This document shows, one piece after another, positions 48,001 through 59,600 of a stretch of 64,000 nucleotides of DNA. The stretch spans positions 62,001 to 126,000 of the forward strand of contig JAHLWZ010000799.1 of assembly GCA_020536535.1 (NCBI GenBank), written 5' to 3'. How positions within the stretch are numbered: position 1 is the stretch's first letter; every line of letters starts with the position of its first letter. Below the pieces are notes generated by a model, which was not told the DNA's origin, did no database searches, and was given only the letters and a program-made list of their open reading frames with translations. A program made the position numbers and the translations under genes. The stretch comes from Pelomyxa schiedti. Its lineage: Eukaryota > Protista > Evosea.

Positions 48001-48730
48001 CCTGCAGGAGCATATTCAGTATAATGTACACCCCGAACACCATTAGAAACGCCTCTGTGAAACCCCAGCGTTTTATATGACCTAGCAAAGTCCAGCAAGG
48101 AACTCTCTGTCTCTGCAATCCTAGACTTCATCCACGCATAGTGAGAGTACCTGCACATTTTTAAAAAAAAAAAAAAAAGCTCAATCAAGTAGAAACCGGC
48201 GGCTATTTAGCTGCACAGACAAAATGAACCAAGTAACAACAGCACAGCAAGGCAACAAAACTAACGAACGAACGAACGACGAACAAGCAAGAGCAAGCAA
48301 CAGAGAAATACCTGCCACGCAAGACACCGACATATGGCGACAACCAACTGTCCCAAAGCACTACGCCCGTCCCGTCGCTCGCGTTGCGGTACTTCTCCCA
48401 ACTCTTCGCCGAACCGTCATCGGCAGCAGCAGTAGTAGTAGTAGCAGAGGCAGAGGCAGAGGCAGAGGGCGACGCTGCCGACGGAGGAGGGGGCTCCGAG
48501 GCCGCCGAAGACGACGCTGGGGTGGCCGTGGTCGCGGGCACGTGGTCGACGGGGAGCACGCGCGTGTGGTAGTCGTGTGGCGCGAGGGGCTCGTCCGTGG
48601 CCCCAGGCGTCGGCGACGACGAAGGGGAGGGCAGCAAAGTGGGCGAGGGCGACGACGATGTGGTCGTGGTCGTGGAAGTTGTGGGGGAGGCTGCCTGGGC
48701 GGCCTCCGGTGCCACGGCGTTGGTGCTCAT
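45080..48730 (-). CDS. GBE1: 1,4-alpha-glucan (glycogen) branching enzyme, multi-exon
   Basis: [97 protein letters not shown] and [10 protein letters not shown] match GH13 GBE motifs. Ser/Thr/Ala-rich N-terminal extension. Confidence 0.93.
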
Positions 48731-49035
48731 GATGGTTTAATTGGCAAAATGAGCCCCGAAAAGGTGGAAATGCAATTTAGGTGCATGTTTCCTGGTTGCT
48801 CTGTTGTCAATCTCTCATTGCAAACGGGCGTGCCTGCTGATGAGGCAGCACAACTTGCAGGGCAACAACCTCTCCATCAACCTTCTGCATTCCCCGAAGA
48901 GAAAAATACATGGCTCTTCAAAGGCATACAACGTGGCGTTGGCAATTTCCTGCATTCAGATTTTTTTTTTTTGTTTTTTCGTCAATTGAGGCACAGGAAA
49001 GATTCCTTAAATTTTTATGCTCACTGGTGTTGTGG

Positions 49036-51205
49036 TTATGGTGAAAAGACTGAGAGGCTGTTGTCCATGGTAGAGGTAAGCAAAAATGTGGCGTCCTTTC
49101 CGAAAATTGCATCAGTAACCGCGGCTGGGTGGGCGAATGTGCTGTTGAGAGAGAACTGCTTTCCGTGATACACTCTGTTACTGCGTTAAGCACTGCGAGG
49201 AAAAGTAAAGATGTTAGTACTTGAGATCGTTGCTGGCAATGGAAATGTATAAACCAGAGTGGTCATAGGAAACGGCGTTTACTGGAGCAAGTTTGTTTTC
49301 GGGTCCCGGCTCCTGTGTGAAAGTGTGCAGGCACGACAACTTCCTGAGGTCCCAGAGCTTGGCTGTCCCATCCATTGAGCCAGTCAATAAGTGGAATCTG
49401 GATGAAGTTATTTTCCGATGTGGCATTTGTGTGATTACCCGTTCTCAGAGAAGCACAGGTCAGTAATTGGACCAGTATGCTCCGTAAACGAGGCGACGTT
49501 TTGTTGGTTCAAGACATCCCATAGATGTACAACATTACTTTCGAGACCAGTTCCGAGAATCAAGCCATCAGGATGAAAAGCAATACTCTTGTACCTGTGC
49601 AAAGTGAGTTTTCTTTGAATTTTTGGTTCTACGTACGGCATAGGTCCTGTTGGATTGTGCTTAAAAACACACTTGCTTGTAGCAATATTAGTGAGTGCCC
49701 AGGATTGGTCTAATGAAGCAGTGGCAAGGTATTCATTTGTGCAATGCAGAGCACTTCCAACAACTTTACCACTGTGTGTGCGAAGAGTTGAGGATGTATT
49801 GTATACACCTCCTATGAGCCGTTAGTTTTTTGGTCAAAGAGAACATTTCGGAAAAGTACTTGAGGTTGGGCGCCAAATTCTTGTAGTTGAATCATGTGAC
49901 GACGATAAAATTACGTCTTCAGTGGGATGCATAATGACCTAAATGTGTTGTTAGTTAGCTACTCGGCACCCATTTGTGTGTTGTTCAGTCGTACTAAGAG
50001 GAAAGGGAAAAGAAATAACCAATATGTGCGAGTTAAACAATGATAACACACAAGGAAAAGGCCAACCTGTGTGATTCCAACCAACCAGCATGGTTGGAAG
50101 CTCTCACCCACTCCCGTTTTTGTGTGGTGCGCGTGACAAGTGCATGTGCGCGGATGGTATGTGCGGGTGATGGGTCATGTGCCTGGGAAATAGGTCCTGA
50201 GTGCCCTGTTAGAGACGCTGTGACACTCTTTGATGCAAGATCGAACAATACAACATCTGAATCAAAACCACCACTTGCAACAGTGTTGCCTAAAACACTC
50301 AGACAGAGGATCCCAGGCTCAGTTCTCTTGTGGTGTGTAAAAGGTCCTTTCATAGTGAAAGCCTGGAATTGTTCCGCAGGTGTCAGCGTCTCGGAGATTT
50401 TACGTCGTCGGCGGACTTGGGTGAGTCTGTGCCACATCAGTCGCACAAAAGATGAATTGACATACTCGTTTGATTTCTCCTTGAATTGTTGTTTGACTTC
50501 ATCAGGAATTTCAATTTTTGCTTCAGGGGTCATTGGCTCAACTGCAACCTATTATAACACAGAGAAATAAGAAAGGTTTTTCAGCGGTGAAGGGAACAAC
50601 CGATTGCTGAGCGCTTGCTAAAGACCTTTTAAATTAGTTTAGGAGAGTTATAAAGTTATAGAACATCTACACACTTGAGCGCTTCATCACGTTCACGTTT
50701 TAATCTTGCAATAACTCGGCAGGCAGCGTCGTGCTGATATAGAGCGTGGGCAAGTTCCTTTGGCAAACGTAAGATCGGGCTGTTACACAACAAGAAAGCA
50801 CGCCTGTCTTGCTGTATCAAGCTGTTGCTTCAGGGTAAAAGTTTCAAGCATAAGGGCGTCCCATTCGTTTTGAAACACCTGAAGCATGCCAGGTAAACTG
50901 GTTGCATTCGCGGGTCTTGGATGTGCCACAGGACCAGCTGTGGTAGAAATGAATATACCTTTAGAATCAAAGCGAAGGCGTAACCTTTTACGGCCACGAG
51001 GTCTTCTGGAGTGAGAGGTTCGCCGGTGATGGGACACTTGTTGTCATTGGAAGCCAACATTTGCAAAATAAGTCGCTTTTCGAAAACATGTCCGCTCTTG
51101 GTTGAAATCACGGGCTCAACAGGAGAGGTACCAGACACTACAAGTCGTTAGAAACGAGCCTAGGTGTCGCATTTCCGGGGACGAAGTCGTACGGGAGCAC
51201 AGCAT
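49036..51205 (-). CDS. PRPF19: Pre-mRNA processing factor 19 (U-box, coiled coil, WD40)
   Basis: MLCS | [103 protein letters not shown] and AKLWDLRKL. Confidence 0.93.
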
Positions 51206-51348
51206 CTTGCTTGGCTCTTTAATTTTTCCTTTGTTGTGGTTTTCCCTCTTTTTTTCTGCAATTGAGCCAGAGATGAGAGTCCGGCTAATCATGTCAAACC
51301 AGACAAGTCATGCAACCATAGTGGAAAAGGATAATAAACAAGGACAAC

Positions 51349-53570
51349 ATGACCAGCGGACAAGAAGATCACGTGGGGAAAACAGAAGCCAAGCAACAAT
51401 GGATCGTCCGGCTGATGGACATATCACGTCTCGCGTGGGATTTGGTCGTCGTGCCGACGGTCCTGGACCCAATCAGGCGCCGCGATCTGCCGACCGCGGA
51501 GGACTGCGTCTGGCTTATGGGACTCGCCGACGCCTTGTTTCCACTCGTTCCCCGGGCCTGCCGCGCACTGATGGGCATCACGGTGTCTGCTTACGCAGAG
51601 CACAGTGTTGCAGTTCCGAGAGAAAATGGGCGTGTCTTCAGGCTTTCCAAGATCGCGAGCAGGAAGACGTCGTGGTATTTCGCGCTTAAGTGTGCGGGGG
51701 TGGCTGGGAGTGCGAGGTGCATTAAGTGGATTGTGGGAAGAAAAGCAACCAGGAATAGCAGGAAGGAGTGCCTTGCTGTGCTTAGGGGTCTATGTTATGG
51801 TAGATATAATAATTTTCTTAGTATAAATAAACATAATAGGGTTATAAGGGTTTTTCCCTCACACACTGTGTAGGAGGACACCTTGGAATGGCACGAGAAC
51901 TTGTTGACAGTTGTGACACAAACTGGAGGGGTGCACTCAAGTGGCCTGCGAGTGATCCAGACCTTATCTATGACATCCGGGATGTGAGCGAAGGGCACCC
52001 AAGCCTGTTACATGATGCATGTGAGGGAGGCCATTTGGATGTCATCAACTGGGTGATGTCAAAGTTTGGTGTGGGGCACGAGTCGTGGGAGCTCGCCGGA
52101 CCATTTAGAGCTGCCCTGCGACGGGGACACTTGGACGTGGCGCGATGGTTGGTGGCATGCCCTACCGGGGTGGTACCATCATGCCGCCCGGGAATGTGCC
52201 AATGGTTCGGCACATTCCGTTCCCAGCCAGAGTTTACCACACCTTATTATCCATGTGCTCCTGAGGCGTTTGTGGAAATATTCGCGGAGTTTTGCAAGGT
52301 GGGGTCCAGAGAATCTGAGGTTTTTGCCAAGTGCATTCACTGTTGTGACAACTTTGAGGAAGCATGTGAGCAGCTGTTTACGGGACCTGCCCAGAACTAC
52401 GGAATCTGGATCCCAAGATTTGAGTCTATTGAAAGCAGCAAGGGGCTCAAGTGGGTGCTCAACAAATTTTATGTTCATCAACCTCCTGCTAATGTTTTCT
52501 GGACTGGCAAAGTCCAAAGTCAAGATGAACTTCTGTCACACGCGTGCAACACAATTGCAGATGTGAAACTCCTCGAGTGGATTTTCACACAATTTACGTT
52601 TGAATCAGTGACCTCCGGAGACGTCATTGGTGCATGCGGTAACAAGAAAGACAGTGTAGAAGTGGTGAAGATGTTGTTGGAAAACGCAGGTGCACTTCCC
52701 ACACAAGAAGAATTTCAAGACTGTATGGCGCTATGCCTCGCCAACAACAACACCGCTATTGCAGAGTGGTTGGAGAGCACATTCCACGTGATGGATGGTG
52801 TGAATTCTGATCCCAGAAAGACAGAGAGAATCTTCGGAACCAGTTCAAGGAGTAGCGGCATAGAAGGTGTTCAGTGGTTCCTTTCACGTGCGAAAGTGTG
52901 CAACATAAGTGAAAAAGCAGTGGTCTCGGCTATTAAAGAATCTTGCTGCCTCACAGTGAAATTGTTTTTGCTGAAGCAATTCAATGTAAGAGTTTCCGAA
53001 AAGTCATCATCCCTCCTTCGCAGGCTGGTTGAGGATGGTGATGTTTCTCAGGTTGAGGAAGCCAGGAAATACTGCGACTTCTCTTCATCCGACATTCAGG
53101 AAGCACTTGCTGGTTGCAAGAAAGTTCAGTCTGGAAAAGTGGTCAAGGGATTGCTGGGCCAATTTATGCTGAGTGAAGGCCAACCCAAAATCAAATACGG
53201 CTTGCTGTCTTTGTTGATTAAACACCACAAAGTTGGCTGTGTAGAGTGGTTCCTGCATAAATTCCCTGTACCGCTGCATGAGTTCATCACTAGAATGAAG
53301 GCTTCTGATAATACTGTACCTATCACTGTCACTGTGGGCATGTGGAAAATGATGATGAGGGTGCTTCCCCTGTCTGTCTCTTATGTGAAGTGGTATCTGA
53401 TGGGGTGGGCTACGTGTACACCACTCCACACAACTCTCACAATGAAAACCGTGGGGCTCACAATGGCCAACATACTGTCGTATGAAGAGACGATAAAAAC
53501 ATCTTATCCCCACCAACACCACACTGCTTCCCCAAAGTTGAGCGAGTCCTTGGATGAGAGTGCTGTGTGA
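51349..53570 (+). CDS. Ankyrin-repeat-like lineage-specific protein (2 exons)
   Basis: ORF 51349..51873 is joined by a GT-AG intron (about 51810-51873) to ORF 51888..53570 (LCYG | GHLGMAREL). Ankyrin-like units: ACEGGHLDVINWV, ALRRGHLDVARWL, CLANNNTAIAEWL. Confidence 0.7.
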
Positions 53571-53660
53571 TGTCTAAACAACGAGCGGAAAAAAAAAAAG
53601 TTGATCATTTTTTAAACAGCCAAATTCCTTTCAGGAAACAACATTACAGTCGAAGCTCTC

Positions 53661-56600
53661 TCACAGGCCAGGAGGTTGAGCCTCCCTTATAACAGAGCCA
53701 AACTTGTCAGTCACCACCAGGATTGAGAACGCCTTGACCTCTGACAGATCTGCAGCCGCGTCACTCAGCGAGCAATAGTCTGCCCTGCCCCTCAGGTCCG
53801 TGTACAGATCCTTCCAGAACGAAGTATCCCCGCTCGCCAATCTCGCGTACACCTTCACGTAAGCCCCAGGAATTGGCTTTGGCGATTTCGTAGTAACGGT
53901 CGATGTCGGCGTGGCTGAGGAACCACCAGATCCGGACGCAGAAGCCGGCCTCTCCAGGACCTGAAGCTGGCCAACTTGGGGCTGAAGAGACAGCAAAAGT
54001 GAGTTTGCAAAGTACGTGAGGGTCCTCCTCAGTCCTCCAGGGGCGACGACTTCGACGATCAGATTGGAACCGCACAGATTCTCAGGAACAGACACGCAGT
54101 GTGTCTGAACCGGGATCGACGAAGTCGGCGGGGTGAACGTCGGCGAGGCGGCCGCAGCCGAAATTATGGCATCGATTGGATTTGGAAGCTTCACGGTCAG
54201 AACGCTGTTGGGCTTGATGAACATGTTGTTCTTGGACTTGTTGGTGTTGCTGTTGGATTCCGCTGACATGAAGAAGGGCTGGGTGGAGAATAGAAGTTCT
54301 AAGTCCATGACATAGAACCGGAGTTGGAGTTCCACGAGGTTGCAGTAGTCGATTGACACCATTGGCCCGTTGAGGGTAACATCAAGTGACGGGCGGGAAG
54401 TCTGCCAAGTCCGCTCCAGAAGAACCCTCATTCGCTCGGGATCCGGCTTGTTGTCATCATGGGATGCCTCTTTCTTGAGTGCCTTGGTGGCAGAGTCCGC
54501 GGCTCTCTTGGCATCTGTGTCTCCCGCTGCAACTGACATCACGAAGCTGGATGATGCCTCTGCGTGGAACGCCTCTATCTCCTTTACCTGCTCTTCCATA
54601 TCCTTGAATCTCGAGGACCACCGCGACACGGGATAGTCGTGATAGCGCGTGCACATTGCACGAGCAACGGCGGGTACCGAGTCCAAAACCCGGTACTTTT
54701 CATCCATGAAATCAAGGTATGCTGCCATGTAGTCATACTGCATCTGGCAGGAGAACCACCTCAGAGAATCGGCGGGTGCTGCTGGCCCCACAGGATCGGA
54801 GACTGGACTGCTAGCTAGGATGGCGGTAAAGTCCCGTTTCACTGACCCTGGAGTGGTGCTTGGGTTGCCTTGCTTGTCCAGAGTGGGCTGCTTTATTGCC
54901 AGTGTGGCAGATGGTGCAGGTGGGAGCGTTGCAATTCGCTCAAATACGTGGCGGGACTCATCAAGCCTGTCCTGAAGCAGAAGATAGTAGGAGGCAGCCA
55001 TCAATTCCGATGCTGCGGGTGGGTATGGCTCACGAACAAGTACTTCTAGGAAGTTCTTGTACTGTCCAGCAAATTTGCTATTGAGTATTTTCCGGCTCTG
55101 CCCTAGAGTGTGGGCACGAGCGTTGATTAGAGGGGCATATTCAAGATGTTGGTAAAGATGTAAATCTCTTGCTTCGAGAACGAGCAACCGAGAAGAGAAG
55201 GGTGGGTGAATACGGCACCAAGAATTGCCGTTTGGAACAAGTTGAGGCTGAGATAGGAACTCGGCAACTCCCTCAGCATTATAGTAAGCAAATGCCCAGC
55301 TTAGCGAATTGCGATGAATCACATGTCGTTTACGTAGAAGTTCACGGAGCTTATTCCAAAATGGTTCCGATTCTTGGCATCTAAACTGAATCCAGTCAAG
55401 ATTCAAGTTCTGGGGTGTGCTTCGATCGATAAACTCCAGAACTTCTTCGGCAGTGCCACATTGAGATACCCATTCCCATTTAGTTTTATCCACAGGTGGC
55501 TGAGGAACAACTGGTGGTGGAGTGAGAGAAGAAACGACATTAAGCACGAATGGTTCAGCAAAGGCAACCAAATTATTGTCAACACTAACGTGAGCAGGAT
55601 AGTGATTGTACTGCCCAATAGCAGGGAAATAGAAGAAGAAGTCGATCACACTGCCTGAAGAACTAACTTGAACCATTCTAGACTTGGTGTAGTAACCTGC
55701 GGTACCAAGAGGAAGAGCACCTACAGGTATTTGTGTCATCACATCTACTTTCCTCGACTCCTGGGATGTCAATTTCACTGAACAGCCGTACACCTTGTTG
55801 ACTTGGAACTCATGAACAACCCAATAGTCTAGTGTTTCACCTGTGTCATTGTTGGTTTGTTTGCGGAATTGTGGATCAAAGTAGTGTTGTTCGACTGCCA
55901 CCCTCAAGGCAGGGGTAATATTACTAGTTGCTGGAGCCTCCCCCAAATCACGGTAAAAAGCAATCATTGGTTGAGAAGAGGAAATGGTTACACGAGAGGG
56001 GGAAAATTGCATTGAAAGAGGAGGAGCCTTGAATGGGAGGTCAATTAAAGAGAGACCAACCATCTGGTCAACAAAGGTCCCTTTTCCTTGCGTAACAAAG
56101 GTTGGAGTGAGGAAAAATCCGTCACTGTGCTGTTTCCTCTCAAGTTCAAAGAAGTCTGAATTCTTCTCAACAGCCTCAGCCAAAGCAACCCAGAAAGGCG
56201 ATATTTTCACCCTATCCTTCTCATAGGAAAAGGTGTTGAGCTTGTCAAGAGGAACTGGTTGGCTCTGGTAATACTGGGACTCTGCCCACTCTTGCGTTTT
56301 TTCGAGCTGCTTGAAGGTTTGTTGCACTGTTCCGCGTCGAGAAAGGTCGGAAGCAATACGACTTTGCTTTTGCTGCTCCTGTGCACGCAGTTGTTTTCCC
56401 AGTGTCTGCTGCGCCGCCTTCCCTCCAGAGCGAGAAGCAGACGGAGCGGCCGATTTTTTCTTCATCTTCCTGCTGCATTCATAGTCTCGCTCTCTGCATT
56501 TTTCCTCTTTCTTGCATTCTATGTCCAAGGACTTCCTGTAATAACAAAAGGTGAGGGGCAGAAAAATAAAAATTGGGCGTCGCACTTCAAGCTCGGCGAA

Positions 56601-59600
56601 TGAGAAATACTGTTCATCAGGCTAGAGGATGACGATGGGGCTGCACATAAAGATTGCCTACTCATCATCATAGCTCCTGGTGGTGGAGGTGGCGGACCTC
56701 CACCAAAACATGGCGGCGGTGGGGGCGGAGCACCACAGCCAGGTGGTGGGGGCGGCGGCGGCGGCGGCCCACCGGCGCACAAATTCAGTAGTTGTTCTGC
56801 TTCTTCTTCACATTCTTCCGCGTAGCTATCATCGAAGTCGTCCTCCTCTGCTGGAGGAGGTGGGGGAGGGGGCGGTGGTGGCCGAGCTGCTGTGGAATTG
56901 CTTTGGGCAAGCGTTGCCTTGATTGTGTCTGGGTCGAGGCCACCACAAGAAAGTGTGTTCTTGAACAAGATTGGATCGTCTAACTCGGAGATGTTAATTC
57001 CACTCTTGGAGGCTGTTGCCTTCAAGTCATTGACGTGCTGCACGATTGTTGATGTAGGACCCGACCAAGGCCAAGCTCCAAGGCGTTTCATACGGTAATA
57101 CAAAAGTATGCGTTCGAAAATATTGAGGGACTCGAATCGGGAAGGTATAAGGTATCCCATGAGTGCCTTGATGGATAACGCCGCTGCAGCTCTTGCGTAC
57201 ACATCTGCAGATGGATCGGATTCCCAAGAGGCTATGAGCCAATGATCTAACAGCTGTTTCTCCAGCTTCTGTGCAATGTGAGGGCGTACTGCAGTTCTGA
57301 AAAATTCATTGTCTTTGCAGTAAATAAAGAAGTTCAACTCGTGGGATGCGTATTGTGAATAGAGAGTTTTCTTCTCGGAATCAGAAAGTAATCCCCATCT
57401 TGTGACAAACTCAAATGACTGCAACTGAGATGACGCATTGAGAGCAGTAAACAGAGCATGAACTTTGGAAAGTGAGTCATAAAGACCAAGAGTGGCATTA
57501 GTTATGTCTGAAACAACTAGGTATGACCCTGGGAGCATAGAGTTTGTGGCTCGCCTTTCTACCATATGGGAAGATGGGGGAAGGGCAGCAAGAGGCAATA
57601 AACGCAAATCGCGGAAAGGGAAACTGCGCGGAATGAGAGCCTGAGTGAAGGCCTCTTGCTCACGCAGTTTTGCAAGGTTTTCCTCCCTTGTTTCTGCGAT
57701 CTTGGCTGGCAGAGGAAGACGAGGTATAGGAAGGAAACGGCAGTGTACATTTAAGCCATCTACAGCATACACTTGTACAAAGCCTCCTGTGCCCAGAACA
57801 CTGCGGGGAATTGCGATACTGAGAGATTTTCCACTTGGACGAAGGTTTGAAAGTACAGTTGAACTTTCCCATAAGAAATCCACAGAAGACCTATCATCAA
57901 CAGTGCGCAAAACGCGATCTTCACGAGAGCCCATCTTAGCATCACGACGAGCTCCTGAGGACTGAGATGCAAAAGTAGTTCCGTCTTTGGCTGACTGTGT
58001 AGCTGTATCTGTGGCAGAAAGGGCCCATGGGTTGATCAGAAGTGTTGGTTGCCTGTTCATGTTGCCCAGCCTCCTTGACGCTAGCTTTCGGTCTAAGACA
58101 TACCTATACTCCTCACCAAGTATTCTTCCATCAAGGTACTGTGACGCCCGGTTGGTCATTGTGATGACTGAAAGTTCAGGCACAGATGTAACATTTAGAG
58201 CGTCGAAAGCCGAGTACAGAGGCAATAATTGCGTGCATAGAACATGAACGCGGGTATTTTTTGTCAGTGATGATAGTTGAACGTAAAGCCATTCACTATC
58301 TGCTGCTTCGGTATTGGTAACCCTAGGGGTACCCTCTGATGCTGTAGATACACAGGGGGCATTGCGCTCCCATGCTTCTATTGCTGGTGCAGGTACCTCC
58401 GACTTCCTTGCCATACCTGCTTTGACTACAAGTACTGGAATAGCTTGCTGTGTCTCAAGGAATCGTGTGCGCCCAAGGAGGCACTGTGGTTGAGTCACAG
58501 GTGCTACTTCCTCCTCACCTGTAGTACCAGGAGGAGTTGGAGGAATCTCTGTTACACGGATCTGGCAGTGGTGGTCCAACATTGGGTAATACAACTCATA
58601 ATCACCAGGAGAGAGGTTCACGACTTGTAAAGTACTGCGTTGTGGGTCCACAACGAGACACTGAGATACATCAGCTAGATAACTGCCATCTCCAGCCATG
58701 GAAAAGAGAACAGCATTCTGCCTTGGAGGCTGATGCCGCCTATTTTCCACTGGGTCCATAGTAGGATACGGGCAAGCCAGAACCACACCATCAGTTCTTG
58801 CAGCCCCATGTAGTGCTTTAGGAAGAGAAATGAGTGGCTTGTTAAAGACTTGAAGATCCCATCTGGTATTCGAGATTGAGCATTGAACACTTGTGATATA
58901 GTGAAGTTTCCCAAGGTGAATTTTTCCTTCTTGGTCTGTTGACATAGAGACTGAGTTGGTGGAGTTCTTGAAGTAGTGTTGGAAAGTGACCGTAACATTT
59001 TGGAATGGTTTGGGCTCGCCAGTTTTCCCAACAACCAGTAACTCAAAGTTTCCATCATCAGCAATGCGCAGGTGTGGATGTAATGGTACATTTGTGTTCT
59101 GGTTATCAGACTGATTGATGTTACAATTCCATTGCTGCTGCAAATTAATTTTGGCGCCGCTTCCACTACTATGCTGAGTTACTTTCGCTTCCAGTTTGAC
59201 AGTCAGTTGTCTTAAGTCATCAGGAACACGGAAGCTATAGGTAGACTCACGGTCATCAAACAACTCGAATGGCTTGACTGTTTTGACATTGTTGACTCCA
59301 TCTTTGTCAACAGTTGTTGCAGTGAAAACAACATCTTCCAGAATGGTGAGAGGAACAGGTTGGCTGTTAAGATACAGTGCTGCGCGAACAATAACTTGTA
59401 AAGTTGCGTCCTTGATCAGCTGCTCCCTGTCTACAACAAAACCTGCAGCAAGACTATAGGACTCGGAATTGTGTGCGAAATGATCGAGGCAAGCATAATC
59501 TCCTTTTTGTATGACAATTGCACGGTTTGAGTTAGGGGAGGTGGAAAACGGAATGATGATTTCCCCGGTTGGAACAGCAGGGCCTCCTCCTGGTTGAGGT

